Assembly (NCBI GenBank): GCA_965243025.1
Contig: CBDETY010000003.1
Location: 1,344,001 to 1,408,000 of the forward strand
Origin: Candidatus Latescibacterota bacterium
GTDB lineage: Bacteria; Latescibacterota; UBA2968; UBA8231
Length of the DNA stretch: 64,000 bases
Direction of reading: 5' to 3'
Part shown: positions 19,640 to 30,924 of the stretch, in pieces
How the letters are laid out: every line of letters begins with the position of its first letter
Position numbering within the stretch: the first letter of the stretch is position 1
Notes under the pieces: model-generated
Database searches by the model: none
Told to the model about the DNA's origin: nothing
Seen by the model: the letters and a program-made list of their open reading frames with translations, nothing else
Position numbers and translations under genes: made by a program

Positions 19640-21239
19640 ATGCACCAAGGTGGTCACCGGTACCCAGATGGCTGCCATCGACAGGGCGGCGATCGATGAC
19701 CACGGCATACCCGGGATCGAGCTGATGGAACGCGCCGGGTCCCGGGTTGTAGAGACGATCCGCTCGCAGTGGGACGGTCTGGAGGGGCTGGAGATCGCGG
19801 TGGTTTGCGGGAAGGGAAACAACGGCGGGGATGGTTTCGTCATCGCCCGCCTCCTTCACCAGGCGGGAGTTCCTGTTTGCGCGTTTTTCACCTGCGAGCC
19901 GGCGGCCTTGACGCCCGATGCCGCCCATCATCACGCCCTGCTCGTTTCCTCCGGGGCATCGGTCCGGGAATTCCCCAGGGGCAACGCCGCCGATGTTCTC
20001 GCCGGATGCGATCTCGTGGTCGATTGCCTCCTGGGTACCGGGCTGCGGGGGGCCGCCCGCGACGATGCGGCGGGGATTATCAGATCGATCAACGACAGCG
20101 GGCGTCCTGTCGTCTGCGTGGATATGCCGTCCGGTGTGGAAGCCGATTCCGGCAAGGTCCTCGGTGCGAGCGTCAAGGCGGCGGTCACCGTCACTTTCGG
20201 CCTCCCGAAAATCGGGCAGCTGTTCCACCCGGGCCGCAGCCGTTGCGGCATGCTGCACCTCGTCGAAATCGGCTTTCCGAAAGAGGTCTTGGAAGCGGCT
20301 CCCGCGGCGGGGTTCCTGATTTCCGAGGCGACCGCGGCGGGCCTGATTCCGCGGCGGCGGGAAAATGCCCACAAGGGGGACTGCGGGTCCGTTGTCGTAG
20401 TCGCCGGTTCGGCCGGGATGACCGGGGCTGCGGCATTGACCGCCATGACGGCGCTGAAAACCGGTGCGGGACGGGTCACGGCTGCCATCCCCGAGAGCCT
20501 CAACGACGTACTCGAGATAAAACTGACCGAACCCATGACCTGCCCCTTGCCGGAGGTGAAGCGTCGCCGTTGCCTGTCTCTGCGGGCGCTCGGGGGAATT
20601 GGCCGTATCGCCGCACGCGCAAACGCGCTGGCGGTCGGACCTGGTCTTGGAATCCATCCCGAAACTGCCGAGCTGGTGCGACGGGTGCTGGCCCGGGAGG
20701 ACTTGCCGGCTGTCGTCGACGCGGATGGGCTGAATGCACTGGTGGGCTGTTCCAATATATACGGGGCGACCGCCTGGCAGCGGGATTCCCGCCCGAACAG
20801 GGTGCTGACTCCCCACCTGGGTGAGTTCTGCCGGCTCACCGGCATGTCGAAGCAGGAAGTGGCCGGGGATCCGATTGCGAAAGTAAACCGGTTCGCAAAA
20901 GAGTGCGGAGCCGTCGTTCTCCTGAAGGGAGCTCCCACCTGTGTCGGTTTCCCGGACGGAAACACCTACGTCTGCCCCTCGGGAAATGCCGGCATGGCGA
21001 CCGCAGGCTCCGGAGATGTTCTGACAGGGCTGATCGCAGGGCTGATCGCCCAGGGTTTGTCTGTCGAGGAAGCGGCGTGCTGTGGCGCTTTTCTGCACGG
21101 CCGCGCAGGGGATATCGCCAGAGACCGCATCGGGGAGTGGGGGATGGTGGCAGGCGATATCCAGGATGCGGTTCCCGAGGCAATTCTCGGGGTATTCCGA
21201 AACAATACCGGGGTTTCCCACCGACCTGGCCCGGGTTGA
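19629..21239 (+). CDS. nnr: Bifunctional NAD(P)H-hydrate epimerase/dehydratase
   Basis: LMERAG, CGKGNNGGDG, DCLLGTG, HKGDCG, DADGLN, TPHLGEF, MATAGSGDVL. Confidence 0.95.
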   Translation: MRAECTKVVTGTQMAAIDRAAIDDHGIPGIELMERAGSRVVETIRSQWDGLEGLEIAVVCGKGNNGGDGFVIARLLHQAGVPVCAFFTCEPAALTPDAAHHHALLVSSGASVREFPRGNAADVLAGCDLVVDCLLGTGLRGAARDDAAGIIRSINDSGRPVVCVDMPSGVEADSGKVLGASVKAAVTVTFGLPKIGQLFHPGRSRCGMLHLVEIGFPKEVLEAAPAAGFLISEATAAGLIPRRRENAHKGDCGSVVVVAGSAGMTGAAALTAMTALKTGAGRVTAAIPESLNDVLEIKLTEPMTCPLPEVKRRRCLSLRALGGIGRIAARANALAVGPGLGIHPETAELVRRVLAREDLPAVVDADGLNALVGCSNIYGATAWQRDSRPNRVLTPHLGEFCRLTGMSKQEVAGDPIAKVNRFAKECGAVVLLKGAPTCVGFPDGNTYVCPSGNAGMATAGSGDVLTGLIAGLIAQGLSVEEAACCGAFLHGRAGDIARDRIGEWGMVAGDIQDAVPEAILGVFRNNTGVSHRPGPG

Positions 21240-21404
21240 CTTACCCAGGGGCATCGAGTACCCTTTTCCCGGCTCAGCGAGGGGTTTGCTCTTGCTGCCA
21301 TCCCGCGGCGTTCCATGCGCCGCAATACTCCCCAGACAGCTTCCCCGATACTTGGTGGCCTTGCCCGGGTCGGCATACTACCCAGACTCGTTCCGGAACA
21401 GCAA

Positions 21405-21938
21405 ATGACCAAAGTCCGAGAGGCGATAGAAGAGATTATCGAGGAGTCCTATCTCCTGGGGCGTTCGGAACGGGAAATCCGGCAGGATTTCAAGCGCTTC
21501 CTGGATACCTGTTACGCGGTCATTCACGAAAACATCGAGGATCGGGAGGCCGTTTCCAGTCTCCTGGAGCATCTCGAGCGGGAGCAGGCGAGGATCCTGA
21601 TCGCCGACCGCGGAGACGGCGCGGGGGAGGCTGAAGCGGATGGGGAAACCGTGGGTTCCGGCACTCCTCCCGCAGAGGAATTCTGTGTGAAGGTCGCGCG
21701 TCACAAACGCCAGATTCTCCGCGCCATCGCCAAATACGATCCGGAGCTGGTGCGACTGATCGACGAGCACCGCTTTCAGGGGGAAATGGACGAACCCCTC
21801 AGGCCCCGGTTCAGACGTACGCCTCCAGGGGGCCGGCAAATCGATTGGTCCGCAATGAAGCTGCAGCTGCTGAAAACCGGTTACGCATTGACAATCGGTC
21901 TGATCGTTCTGGTAACCTGGCTCAGCTTCATACAATAA
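21405..21938 (+). CDS. Hypothetical helical protein with C-terminal membrane anchor
   Basis: Charged helical ORF ending in a hydrophobic stretch (GYALTIGLIVLVTWL). Start could alternatively be 21315. Confidence 0.6.
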   Translation: MTKVREAIEEIIEESYLLGRSEREIRQDFKRFLDTCYAVIHENIEDREAVSSLLEHLEREQARILIADRGDGAGEAEADGETVGSGTPPAEEFCVKVARHKRQILRAIAKYDPELVRLIDEHRFQGEMDEPLRPRFRRTPPGGRQIDWSAMKLQLLKTGYALTIGLIVLVTWLSFIQ

Positions 21939-22154
21939 ACTTACCCGTTTCCGGGATCCGCCTGTCCCCGAATGTGACAGCAACAGGGAGAATTTCCGGA
22001 GGTCGAATCGTGACCGCGCCGGGAAAACAACCCCGTTTTCGCCGAATCTGTCCGTTCACTGACCCTACTGCCCCCAGCGGGAACGCGCTGGAGTTCCGCT
22101 GTGCTGCATTTCGGAGCAGGGTGCGCGAATCGCCCCTTCCCCAAGTGGTGAGGT

Positions 22155-25100
22155 ATGCCCAGACGTACTGACATCGACAAGATAATGCTGATCGGTTCCG
22201 GCCCGATCGTCATCGGCCAGGCGTGTGAGTTCGACTATTCGGGCACCCAGGCCTGCAAGGCGTTACGCGAAGCGGGGTATGAGATCGTCCTCGTCAACAG
22301 CAACCCCGCCACGATCATGACCGACCCTGAGTTCGCCGACCGCACCTACATAGAGCCGATCACCGCCGAGGTGTGTGAGGCCATCATCGAAGCCGAGAGG
22401 CCCCAGGCGCTGCTGCCTACCGTCGGAGGGCAGACCGCCCTGAACACCGCCGTGGAGTTAGGGGAGCGGGGCGCTCTCGAGCGCTTCGGGGTGGAGCTGA
22501 TCGGGGCCCGCCTCGAGGCGATCCGAACCGCCGAGGATCGCGAGCTTTTCAAGCGGGCGATGGATGAGGCAGGGCTTGAGATGCCGCCAGGACACTTCGT
22601 GCACTCTCTCGAAGAGGCGGTGGCGCGGCAGCATGAGCTGGGCTACCCGACGATCATTCGCCCTTCCTTCACGCTCGGGGGGTCCGGTGGGGGCATCGCC
22701 TACAACGGCGAGGAGTTCGAACGCATCGTCAGCCACGGTCTCGATCTCAGTCCGATCGGAGAGGTATTGATCGAGATGTCGGTGCTGGGGTGGAAGGAAT
22801 ACGAGCTCGAGGTGATGCGGGACCTGAACGACAACGTCGTGATCATCTGCTCCATCGAGAACTTCGATCCGATGGGGGTACACACAGGCGACAGCATCAC
22901 CGTGGCCCCGGCCCAGACCTTGACCGACAAACAGTACCAGGAAATGCGGGACGCTGCGATCCGGGTGATCCGGCGCATCGGTGTCGACACCGGGGGATCG
23001 AATATCCAGTTCGCCGTGGAACCGGATACCGGGCGCATGGTTGTAATAGAGATGAACCCCCGTGTTTCGCGCAGCTCCGCCCTCGCCTCGAAGGCTACCG
23101 GTTTCCCGATCGCGAAGATCGCCGCCAAGCTGGCTGTCGGATACACTCTCGACGAGATCACCAACGACATAACCAGGGAGACGCCGGCCTCTTTCGAACC
23201 CACGATCGACTATGTGGTCACCAAGATCCCGCGCTGGGCTTTCGAGAAGTTCCCGCAGACTCCCGACTCCCTCGACACCCAGATGAGGTCGGTGGGTGAG
23301 ACCATGGCGGTCGGCAGGACATTTCACGAGTCGCTGCAGAAGGGGCTGCGCAGCCTCGAAATCGGCCGTTCAGGCTGGGGAGGAGACGGCAAGGACCTCG
23401 ACCCGTTGAGGGTTTCCGACCAGGAGATCAGGGAACGGCTCGTGAACCCCAGCTCCCAGCGGCTTTTTCATATCAAGGTCGCTGTGGCCAAAGGGTTTTC
23501 GCTCGAGGAGATCCACCGCCTGACCCGGATCGACATGTGGTTTCTCGATCGCCTTTACGAAATTTTCGAAATCGAGTGTGCTCTCGGCGAACGCCCGATC
23601 CTCGACGACCCGGCGCTGTTGCGGCGCGCCAAGGCGTTTGGATTCAGCGATGCTCAGCTCGCCTACCTGCAGGAATGCGACGAAGTGACAGTGCGCGAGA
23701 AGCGCCGGCGACATGGAGTCGAGCCGGTATTCAAAACGGTCGATACCTGCGCTGCCGAGTTCGAGGCCTATACACCCTACCACTACTCGACCTACGAAAG
23801 GGAGAACGAGTCCAGGCGTTCCGATCACGACAAGATCGTCATCCTCGGCGGCGGGCCGAACCGCATCGGGCAGGGAATAGAGTTCGACTACTGCTGCGTT
23901 CACGCCTGCTTCGCCCTCGCCGAAGACGGCTTCGAAACCATCATGGTAAACAGCAACCCCGAGACGGTGAGCACCGACTACGACACTGCGGACAAGCTCT
24001 ACTTCGAGCCGCTTACCGTCGAGGACGTCCTGGCCGTCGTCGAACGGGAGCAGCCGCTCGGGGTCATCGTCCAGTTCGGAGGCCAGACCCCCCTCAACCT
24101 CGCCCTGGACCTGGAAGCCGCCGGGGTCCCGATTCTCGGCACCTCTCCGCAGAGCATCGATCGCGCCGAGGACCGGGAGCACTTCGGCAATCTGCTGCGC
24201 GGTCTGGACATCCTGCAGCCGGAGAACGGAATGGCGAGAAGCCTCGGGGAAGCGCGGGACGTCGCCGAGCGCATCGGCTACCCGGTGCTGGTGCGGCCGT
24301 CGTACGTGCTCGGGGGGCGCGCCATGGTCACCGTCTACGACGAAAGCCGGCTCGAGACCTACATGGAATCGGCGATCTCGGTATCTCCCCAACACCCCGT
24401 TCTGATCGACCGTTTTCTCGAAGGAGCCCAGGAATTCGACGTCGATGCCGTCGCCGACGGACAGGAGGTTCTGGTCGCCGGGATCATGCAGCACATCGAG
24501 CACGCCGGTGTGCACTCCGGGGACAGCGCCTGCGTTTTGCCCCCCTACCGAATCGCGGACGAGAACCTCGAACTGCTGCGCCGTTACACGACCGAGCTGG
24601 CGCTCGCCCTCAACGTGGTAGGTCTGATGAACGTCCAGTACGCGATCTGCGACGAGCGCGTCTACGTCCTCGAGGTCAACCCGCGGGCTTCCCGCACTGT
24701 ACCGTTCGTCAGCAAGGCGACGGGAAAACCGCTGGCAAAAATTGCCGCCAGGGTGATGGCGGGGCGCAGCCTCCGCGAGCAGGGTATCACCTCGGACATC
24801 ACTCCAGTTCACATATCGGTCAAGGAGGCGGTGCTGCCGTTCAGCAAGTTCCCCGGCGCCGACGGCATCCTCGGGCCGGAGATGAAATCGACCGGCGAGG
24901 TGATGGGTATCGGCAACGATTTCGGGGAGGCTTTTCTCAAGGCCCAGATGGGGGCCGGATCCATGCTGCCGCGGGGCGGGCGCGTCTTCATCAGCGTCAA
25001 CGACCGCGACAAACCGGAAGTCCTGCCGATTGCCCGCCGCCTCCAGGAGGCCGGTTTTCAGCTGCTCGCGACCCGGGGTACCTGCGAATTCCTGCGCGCC

Positions 25101-25382
25101 GGGGGAGTCGTCGCCGAGAAGATCATGAAGATCCACGAGGGCAGGCCGCACGTCGTCGATGCGATCCGCAGCAAGGCGATCGAACTGGTGGTCAACTCCC
25201 CTCTCGACGAGCAGTCGCAGTACGACGACCACGCCGTGCGGCGTGCTGCGATCATGCACTCGATACCCTACACGACGACCCTGGCCGGGGCCCGCGCCGC
25301 GGCCGCCGGTATCGAGTCGCTGCAGCGCACACCCCTGAAGGTGCGCGCCTTGCAGGACTATCACGCGAGCGCCGACAGGTGA
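22155..25382 (+). CDS. carB: Carbamoyl-phosphate synthase large subunit
   Basis: [22 protein letters not shown], two ATP-grasp repeats, [12 protein letters not shown] domain. Confidence 0.98.
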   Translation: MPRRTDIDKIMLIGSGPIVIGQACEFDYSGTQACKALREAGYEIVLVNSNPATIMTDPEFADRTYIEPITAEVCEAIIEAERPQALLPTVGGQTALNTAVELGERGALERFGVELIGARLEAIRTAEDRELFKRAMDEAGLEMPPGHFVHSLEEAVARQHELGYPTIIRPSFTLGGSGGGIAYNGEEFERIVSHGLDLSPIGEVLIEMSVLGWKEYELEVMRDLNDNVVIICSIENFDPMGVHTGDSITVAPAQTLTDKQYQEMRDAAIRVIRRIGVDTGGSNIQFAVEPDTGRMVVIEMNPRVSRSSALASKATGFPIAKIAAKLAVGYTLDEITNDITRETPASFEPTIDYVVTKIPRWAFEKFPQTPDSLDTQMRSVGETMAVGRTFHESLQKGLRSLEIGRSGWGGDGKDLDPLRVSDQEIRERLVNPSSQRLFHIKVAVAKGFSLEEIHRLTRIDMWFLDRLYEIFEIECALGERPILDDPALLRRAKAFGFSDAQLAYLQECDEVTVREKRRRHGVEPVFKTVDTCAAEFEAYTPYHYSTYERENESRRSDHDKIVILGGGPNRIGQGIEFDYCCVHACFALAEDGFETIMVNSNPETVSTDYDTADKLYFEPLTVEDVLAVVEREQPLGVIVQFGGQTPLNLALDLEAAGVPILGTSPQSIDRAEDREHFGNLLRGLDILQPENGMARSLGEARDVAERIGYPVLVRPSYVLGGRAMVTVYDESRLETYMESAISVSPQHPVLIDRFLEGAQEFDVDAVADGQEVLVAGIMQHIEHAGVHSGDSACVLPPYRIADENLELLRRYTTELALALNVVGLMNVQYAICDERVYVLEVNPRASRTVPFVSKATGKPLAKIAARVMAGRSLREQGITSDITPVHISVKEAVLPFSKFPGADGILGPEMKSTGEVMGIGNDFGEAFLKAQMGAGSMLPRGGRVFISVNDRDKPEVLPIARRLQEAGFQLLATRGTCEFLRAGGVVAEKIMKIHEGRPHVVDAIRSKAIELVVNSPLDEQSQYDDHAVRRAAIMHSIPYTTTLAGARAAAAGIESLQRTPLKVRALQDYHASADR

Positions 25383-28300
25383 TTCCTCCCTTGCGGCATT
25401 TTCCCCCGGCCGCAGCGCTCCTTTTCTGCGCTGCCGTGGTGGGTGGATGCGTCTATTTCAACACTTACTACAATGCCCAGAGGTACTTCCGGCAGGCGGA
25501 AAAGGCGAGGAAGGAAATCGAGCGGCAGCAGCCGGAACGGAAAGGGCGGGAGGATAGTCGGAGCCGGACTTACGGCCGGCAACAGCGAAGTCGCGGCGGG
25601 AAGGATCCCAACCAACTGTACGACCAGGCGGCTCGCAAGGCATCCAAGGTCCTCGAGAAGCATCGCGACAGCGACCTCGTCGACGACGCCATGTTTCTTC
25701 TGGGCAGGGCGTTCTACTGGCAGGGCCACTACCGCGATGCCGCAAGGTCGTTCAGGGATCTCGAGACCAACTTTCCCGAAAGCGAGTACTTCACCCGTTC
25801 CCGGTACTGGCGCGGGTTATGCCTGGAGGGCCAGGGTGCCAATGCGGAGGCCCGAAGTATTTATCGCGCCCTTTCCAGTGCCGGGGACGCGGACATGGCC
25901 GCCCTCGCCGGTATGCGCCTCGGCGAAATGGCATTCGAAAAGGAAGAGTATGCCTCCGCCATCCAGGAATACAGATCGACCCTGGAAGGCTTTCCGAAAG
26001 CGGAGAACCGCGCCGAACTCTGGCTGCGACTGGGCGAAGCCGCGGTCGCACTGGAGGACTCCTCCCTGTTCGCTACGGCGGCAGAAGCCTTTTCGGAGGT
26101 GTTGCGCGAATCTCCCGGCAAACGGGTGGAGTACAGAGCGCGCCTCGAACAGGGCCGCCTGTTTTACCAGATGGGAGAGGTCGAGAAGGCAAAGGATACC
26201 TACTTGCGGCTGCTCAGGGAGGGGAGTTTCCGAACCTTTGAAGGACAGACCCGCCTGCTGATCGGTCAGTACTACGAAGACCAGGGCTTACCGGAAGAAG
26301 CCCTCCGTGAATTCACCCGGGTCCGCGATGATTTTCCCCAGACCGACGCCTCGGCGATGGCGGTTTACCGCACGGCCCTCATCTATTTGAGCCGCAACGC
26401 CGACCGCGTGGGGGCCCGGGAATACCTCGAGACCGTGTCGGCGGAGAAGAGGAACTCGGAGGCCGCGGAGCTCGCGAAGGAAACCCTGTCCGACCTCGTC
26501 GAGGTGGAAAAACTGCTGCACAAGATCCATGTGGCCGATTCCCTGGATGCCGTGGACGCTGCAGCCGCCGATTCGGCGGCCCTGGCTCTGGCCGCCACAT
26601 CCGACAGCGCCTCAGTTGCCGGTGGGACAACAGCGTCGTCAGACACCGCCTTCACGGACCGCGAAGTCGACCGGGCAATCCCGGATTTCGAGAGCCCCCC
26701 GGTGCTGCCTGCAGACAGCGCGAACGTGGCGGGCGCCGCAACCGCGCCAGGGGACATGTCGTTCCCGGGCAAGGAGGGCGGCCAAACCTCTCCCGACATC
26801 GGGATGCCCGGGTTTCCTCCCCTGAACGAAGCTCCCGGTGACGCAACCGGACCCGCGGACAGAACCTCGGGTCGGGAGGTCGACGAAGCCCCGGCGGGTG
26901 CCGAATTGCCGGAGGTGGCGCAAGATACGCCTGTTCGAGACCAGGATGACGGGGGGGGGCCCGGTTCGCGGACCTCGGTGCCGGGAGGAAGGAAGAAGTG
27001 GGAGGATCCCCGGAAAAAACTGGACGAGACTCTCCTGACGGTCGCCGAGATCTACCGGGACCGCCTCGCCATGCCGGACTCGGCAATCCATTTCTACCTT
27101 GAATTCACGCGGCGTTTCCCGGAATCGCACCAGGTTCCCAGGGCATTTTTCAGCATCGCCTGGATCCATACCGAGATGAAGGGGGACGAGGAGTCGGCGG
27201 CCTCCTGGTTGCACAAGCTGGCCGGGGATTTTCCGCTGACGGAACATGCGAATGCTGCTCGGGAGCTCCTCGGGAACGAGAAGGATATCACCGCGGAAGA
27301 GCGCGCCCTGGAGGAGTACGAACGCATCGAGGAGATCCGGCTGGAAAACATCGCCTCTCTCGACCGCTACATGCCCGAGCTCGACCAGCTGATCGCCGAA
27401 TTCCCGGCAACCGAGTCCGGAGCGAAGGCGCTGTGGCTGACCGCCTGGACCTTTGAAAACGTCGCCGGTGACACGTCCGAGGCGGAGCGCAGGTACGCGC
27501 GAATCAAGATGGAGTTTCCAGGTACCCGGATTGCCACCCACGCGCTCGAGCGCGAGGAGGCGCGCACCGAGGGCCTGCTGGACAGGCTGGAGCGTGAATT
27601 CATTACGCTCCGGGCAGGGGAAAAGCCGGGTGAGCAGGTAATGACTATCGCCGTCGAGCCGGACACGGCGGACTCGGTGCTGCTGGCGCGAAAATATCTC
27701 GGTTTTGCACTGCGCGCCCATCGCCGGGGAGCCCTGGAAACGGCGCGGGAATTTTACGAGTTGTGTCTCGAGGAGCAGCAGCGCAGGCCGGAAGCCCTGT
27801 TCGGGCTGGGAGAAATAGCCTGGGAAGGGGCCTACTACGACGACGCCCTGGACTACTATATCGAGGCTTTGCGCATGCGCGGCAACCTGGTCGGCATCAG
27901 TTACCGCCTGTTCGCCCTTCACACCCGGGAAGGCCGCGCCGATTCCTCCAACCACTATCTGCGCCAGATCCTTCGCAAGGACCGGGACAACCCGGCGGTA
28001 ACCGCCTTGAGGGACGAGTTCCCCGCTTTGTTGGAATCCGAGGACCTCGGCATGTCGACTCTGGAAGAAATCGACCTGCCCATGCCACCGCCGGAGGATC
28101 TGTTCGCTCCGCCCAGATCACTGCTTCCCCTGCGCGAGGAGCCGGTTGTCCGAAAAAGCACCTTGCCGCTTCTGCCTGCCGACGCCGGAGTGGACTCGGC
28201 CGAGGTCATCGTCGATTTCCTCGTCACCGTCGATGGGAAACCTGCCGTCGTCGAGGTCTTTGCCGGGGACGAGTCATTGGTTCCGGAAGCTCTCGAGGCA

Positions 28301-28564
28301 GCGCGCGGCTACGTCTTTTTTCCCGCCGTGGACAGGGACGAGGAAAAGGTGGAGGTATGGGTGGAGATTGCGATCCCGTTTTTCCCCGGCGGCCGCAGCG
28401 ATCAGGGGCTGACCTCGGAGTCAGTAGCGGGAGGAGCCGGCTCGGAAGACTCGGTACCCCGTGAGAGGGTGGCCGCGAATGACGCGGTAATTGTCGAGAC
28501 CCCGTCTCCGCCTGTTCGGCAGGAGGCGGCGGGTTCCCAATCCGGTCCAGAAGAAGCCGAATGA
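25379..28564 (+). CDS. Large TPR lipoprotein with C-terminal TonB-C-like domain
   Basis: GTG start overlaps the carB stop (GTGA); lipobox 'VGGC' then 'VYFNTYYNA'; many TPR-like repeats; C-terminal '[12 protein letters not shown]...[13 protein letters not shown]...[11 protein letters not shown]'. Confidence 0.75.
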   Translation: MIPPLRHFPPAAALLFCAAVVGGCVYFNTYYNAQRYFRQAEKARKEIERQQPERKGREDSRSRTYGRQQRSRGGKDPNQLYDQAARKASKVLEKHRDSDLVDDAMFLLGRAFYWQGHYRDAARSFRDLETNFPESEYFTRSRYWRGLCLEGQGANAEARSIYRALSSAGDADMAALAGMRLGEMAFEKEEYASAIQEYRSTLEGFPKAENRAELWLRLGEAAVALEDSSLFATAAEAFSEVLRESPGKRVEYRARLEQGRLFYQMGEVEKAKDTYLRLLREGSFRTFEGQTRLLIGQYYEDQGLPEEALREFTRVRDDFPQTDASAMAVYRTALIYLSRNADRVGAREYLETVSAEKRNSEAAELAKETLSDLVEVEKLLHKIHVADSLDAVDAAAADSAALALAATSDSASVAGGTTASSDTAFTDREVDRAIPDFESPPVLPADSANVAGAATAPGDMSFPGKEGGQTSPDIGMPGFPPLNEAPGDATGPADRTSGREVDEAPAGAELPEVAQDTPVRDQDDGGGPGSRTSVPGGRKKWEDPRKKLDETLLTVAEIYRDRLAMPDSAIHFYLEFTRRFPESHQVPRAFFSIAWIHTEMKGDEESAASWLHKLAGDFPLTEHANAARELLGNEKDITAEERALEEYERIEEIRLENIASLDRYMPELDQLIAEFPATESGAKALWLTAWTFENVAGDTSEAERRYARIKMEFPGTRIATHALEREEARTEGLLDRLEREFITLRAGEKPGEQVMTIAVEPDTADSVLLARKYLGFALRAHRRGALETAREFYELCLEEQQRRPEALFGLGEIAWEGAYYDDALDYYIEALRMRGNLVGISYRLFALHTREGRADSSNHYLRQILRKDRDNPAVTALRDEFPALLESEDLGMSTLEEIDLPMPPPEDLFAPPRSLLPLREEPVVRKSTLPLLPADAGVDSAEVIVDFLVTVDGKPAVVEVFAGDESLVPEALEAARGYVFFPAVDRDEEKVEVWVEIAIPFFPGGRSDQGLTSESVAGGAGSEDSVPRERVAANDAVIVETPSPPVRQEAAGSQSGPEEAE

Positions 28565-29379
28565 GCGAATTCACCGCTCCCCCGGACCCGGGGGTGCTGG
28601 TCGAGTCCAATGAGGAGGTAGCCGCCGACTTCTACCGCCTCCGACTTTCCCACCCGGAGGCGGCCGGAAAAGTCGCTCCCGGCCAGTTTGTCCAGCTGCA
28701 GGTGGGCGGCGGAGTGGCGCCGTTGTTGAGGGTGCCCCTCAGTGTCAGCGCCGCTGATTCGCGAACCGGAACGATCGAGGTTCTGTTCGAGGATATGGGG
28801 CCGAAGACCTTCCTGCTGAGTCGCGCCCGCGAGGGGGACCGGTTGCGTTGCCTGGGACCGCTGGGGATCGGTTTTCCGGATCCGCCGGCGGCCGCGGTCC
28901 TGGTGGGGGGAGGAATCGGGGTTCCCCCGCTGCTGTTCCTGGGCGAACGCCTGCGCCGCCGGCACCATGTGCGTCTTCTTGTGGGGGCGCGGGCGGCGGC
29001 GAAACTGCTGCCGGAAGAGCTGCTGTCCTCCGCCGCTTCGGAACACCGTATTGCGACCGACGACGGCAGCGCCGGGCAGAGGGGATTTGCCACCGATCTG
29101 CTGATCGAGGAGCTCGACGCCTTTTCCTCCGTTACTGTCTACACTTGCGGACCACCGGCGATGATGGCCGCGGTGGCGAAGATATGCGGCGCTCGCCGCA
29201 TCGCCTGTTTCGCCTCGCTCGAAGAATACATGGCCTGCGGTTTCGGAGTATGCGTCGGATGCGTCGTTCCCCGGGTCGAGGCCGCCTCCCCTTACCACCG
29301 TTACAGCCGTGTCTGCTTCGACGGCCCGGTGTACGATGCTCGCGAAATCGCCTGGGATGATGTCCACTCCCCCCCATAG
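28561..29379 (+). CDS. pyrK: Dihydroorotate dehydrogenase electron transfer subunit
   Basis: PGQFV, GGGIGVPP, CGP, MACGFGVCVGC...C 2Fe-2S motif. Confidence 0.93.
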   Translation: MSEFTAPPDPGVLVESNEEVAADFYRLRLSHPEAAGKVAPGQFVQLQVGGGVAPLLRVPLSVSAADSRTGTIEVLFEDMGPKTFLLSRAREGDRLRCLGPLGIGFPDPPAAAVLVGGGIGVPPLLFLGERLRRRHHVRLLVGARAAAKLLPEELLSSAASEHRIATDDGSAGQRGFATDLLIEELDAFSSVTVYTCGPPAMMAAVAKICGARRIACFASLEEYMACGFGVCVGCVVPRVEAASPYHRYSRVCFDGPVYDAREIAWDDVHSPP

Positions 29380-29450
29380 CCCCGCTGGATTGCCCACGAA
29401 CAGGAATGGCGGACGCATGGGGCCGGGCTTCAGAAACGGCACGGGTGGCA

Positions 29451-30362
29451 ATGGTTGAACTGGCAGCGAGTTTTGCGGGTATCGGACTGCGAAACCCGGT
29501 GCTCCTGGCCTCGGGAACGTGCGGGTACGGGGAAGAGCTCGAGTCCTTCGTCGATCTGGCTCGGATAGGGGGTCTGGTGACCAAGACCATCACCCCCGAG
29601 CCGCGTTCGGGGAATCCGCCTCCAAGAATCGTGGAAACCCCCGCGGGGATGCTGAACTCGATCGGATTGCAGAATCCGGGCCTTCAGGGTTTCATCGCGG
29701 ACAAGCTGCCTTATCTGCGGGAGCTCGACACCGCGGTTGTCGTCAACATCGCCGCTCCCACGGCGGAGCTCCACGGCGAGATGGCCGCGGCCCTGGATGC
29801 TCTCGACGGAATCGCGGCCCTGGAAGTCAACATCTCCTCTCCCAACATGCGGGACGGGGGAATGCTGTTCGGCTGCCGGGCAGACGCGTCGGCAGAGGTC
29901 ATCGCCGCGGTCAGGGCGGCTACGAAGCTGCCGGTTATCGCCAAGCTCACGCCCAACGTCACGGACATCGGTGAAATCGCCAAGGCGGTGGAAGGTGCCG
30001 GAGCGGATGCGATTTCGCTGATCAACACCCTGGTCGGGATGGCCGTCGATGTGCGGGAGCGACGGCCGCTGCTGGCCAACGTCACCGGGGGACTGTCGGG
30101 TCCGGCGATCAAGCCGGTGGCGCTGGCCATGCTCTGGAAGGTGCGGAACGCGGTATCCGTGCCGCTGATCGGAACGGGCGGAATATCCACGGCGACGGAC
30201 GCAATCGAGTTCATGATCGCCGGAGCCTCCTGTGTGCAGGTGGGAACAGCGACCTTCGTTCTCCCCGATGCCGCACTCGCGGTCGTCGACGGCATGCGCG
30301 CGTACTGCGAAGAGAACGGCATCGACGACATCAACTCGATCATCGGAACTCTGAAGGCGTAA
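29451..30362 (+). CDS. pyrD: Dihydroorotate dehydrogenase (family 1B) catalytic subunit
   Basis: ASGTCGYG, GNPPPR, NSIGLQNPG, NISSPN, KLTPN, GGLSGPAIKP. Confidence 0.95.
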   Translation: MVELAASFAGIGLRNPVLLASGTCGYGEELESFVDLARIGGLVTKTITPEPRSGNPPPRIVETPAGMLNSIGLQNPGLQGFIADKLPYLRELDTAVVVNIAAPTAELHGEMAAALDALDGIAALEVNISSPNMRDGGMLFGCRADASAEVIAAVRAATKLPVIAKLTPNVTDIGEIAKAVEGAGADAISLINTLVGMAVDVRERRPLLANVTGGLSGPAIKPVALAMLWKVRNAVSVPLIGTGGISTATDAIEFMIAGASCVQVGTATFVLPDAALAVVDGMRAYCEENGIDDINSIIGTLKA

Positions 30363-30385
30363 CTCTCGGACGGAACGCAGCCACA

Positions 30386-30907
30386 GTGGCCAGCGCGCGG
30401 TCGACGGGAATCCGAAACAACCTGTTATCCCTGCTGCTTTTTTGGATCCAAGCGTTGGGGCTTGTCACCGCCTGCACTCCCCAGCCCATTTACAGGAATT
30501 CCGGAGCCGAAGTTTTGCCATCCTCCAGGTCTGCCGGCGGAGGGCGAATCGCCAAGCCGGGAAAGACCGCCCACCCGGTCGACCTTTCCCGGATCTCGAG
30601 GAAGAACGCCTACCAGGTCGGGGTGGCATCCTACTACGGCGAGAAGTTCCACGGTCGCAAGACGGCCAACGGCGAAACCTTCAACATGTACAAATTGACC
30701 GCCGCTCACCGGGTGCTGCCGCTGGGTACGATGATACGGGTAACCCATCTGACCAACGGCAGAAGAGTGGTCGTGAAGGTGAACGACCGCGGACCCTTTA
30801 TCGAGGGAAGGGTGCTCGATCTGTCGTTCGCCGCGGCCCTGGAGCTGGAGATGGTGTCGGCCGGGACCGCCGAGGTGATGATCGAAATCATCCAGGAAGT
30901 CGACTGA
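30386..30907 (+). CDS. rlpA: Septal ring lytic transglycosylase RlpA-family lipoprotein
   Basis: Lipobox LVTAC; GVASYYG, TANGE, TAAHRVLP, NDRGPF, DLS. Confidence 0.9.
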   Translation: MASARSTGIRNNLLSLLLFWIQALGLVTACTPQPIYRNSGAEVLPSSRSAGGGRIAKPGKTAHPVDLSRISRKNAYQVGVASYYGEKFHGRKTANGETFNMYKLTAAHRVLPLGTMIRVTHLTNGRRVVVKVNDRGPFIEGRVLDLSFAAALELEMVSAGTAEVMIEIIQEVD

Positions 30908-30924
30908 CCCCGCCTCCGGCGTGT

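Noticed and set aside
23537-25378. N-terminal 614 codons of the 1675-aa ORF call
   Set aside because: This is an alternate-frame shadow of carB (Arg/Gly/Pro-rich). The plausible protein begins at GTG 25379 with a signal peptide.
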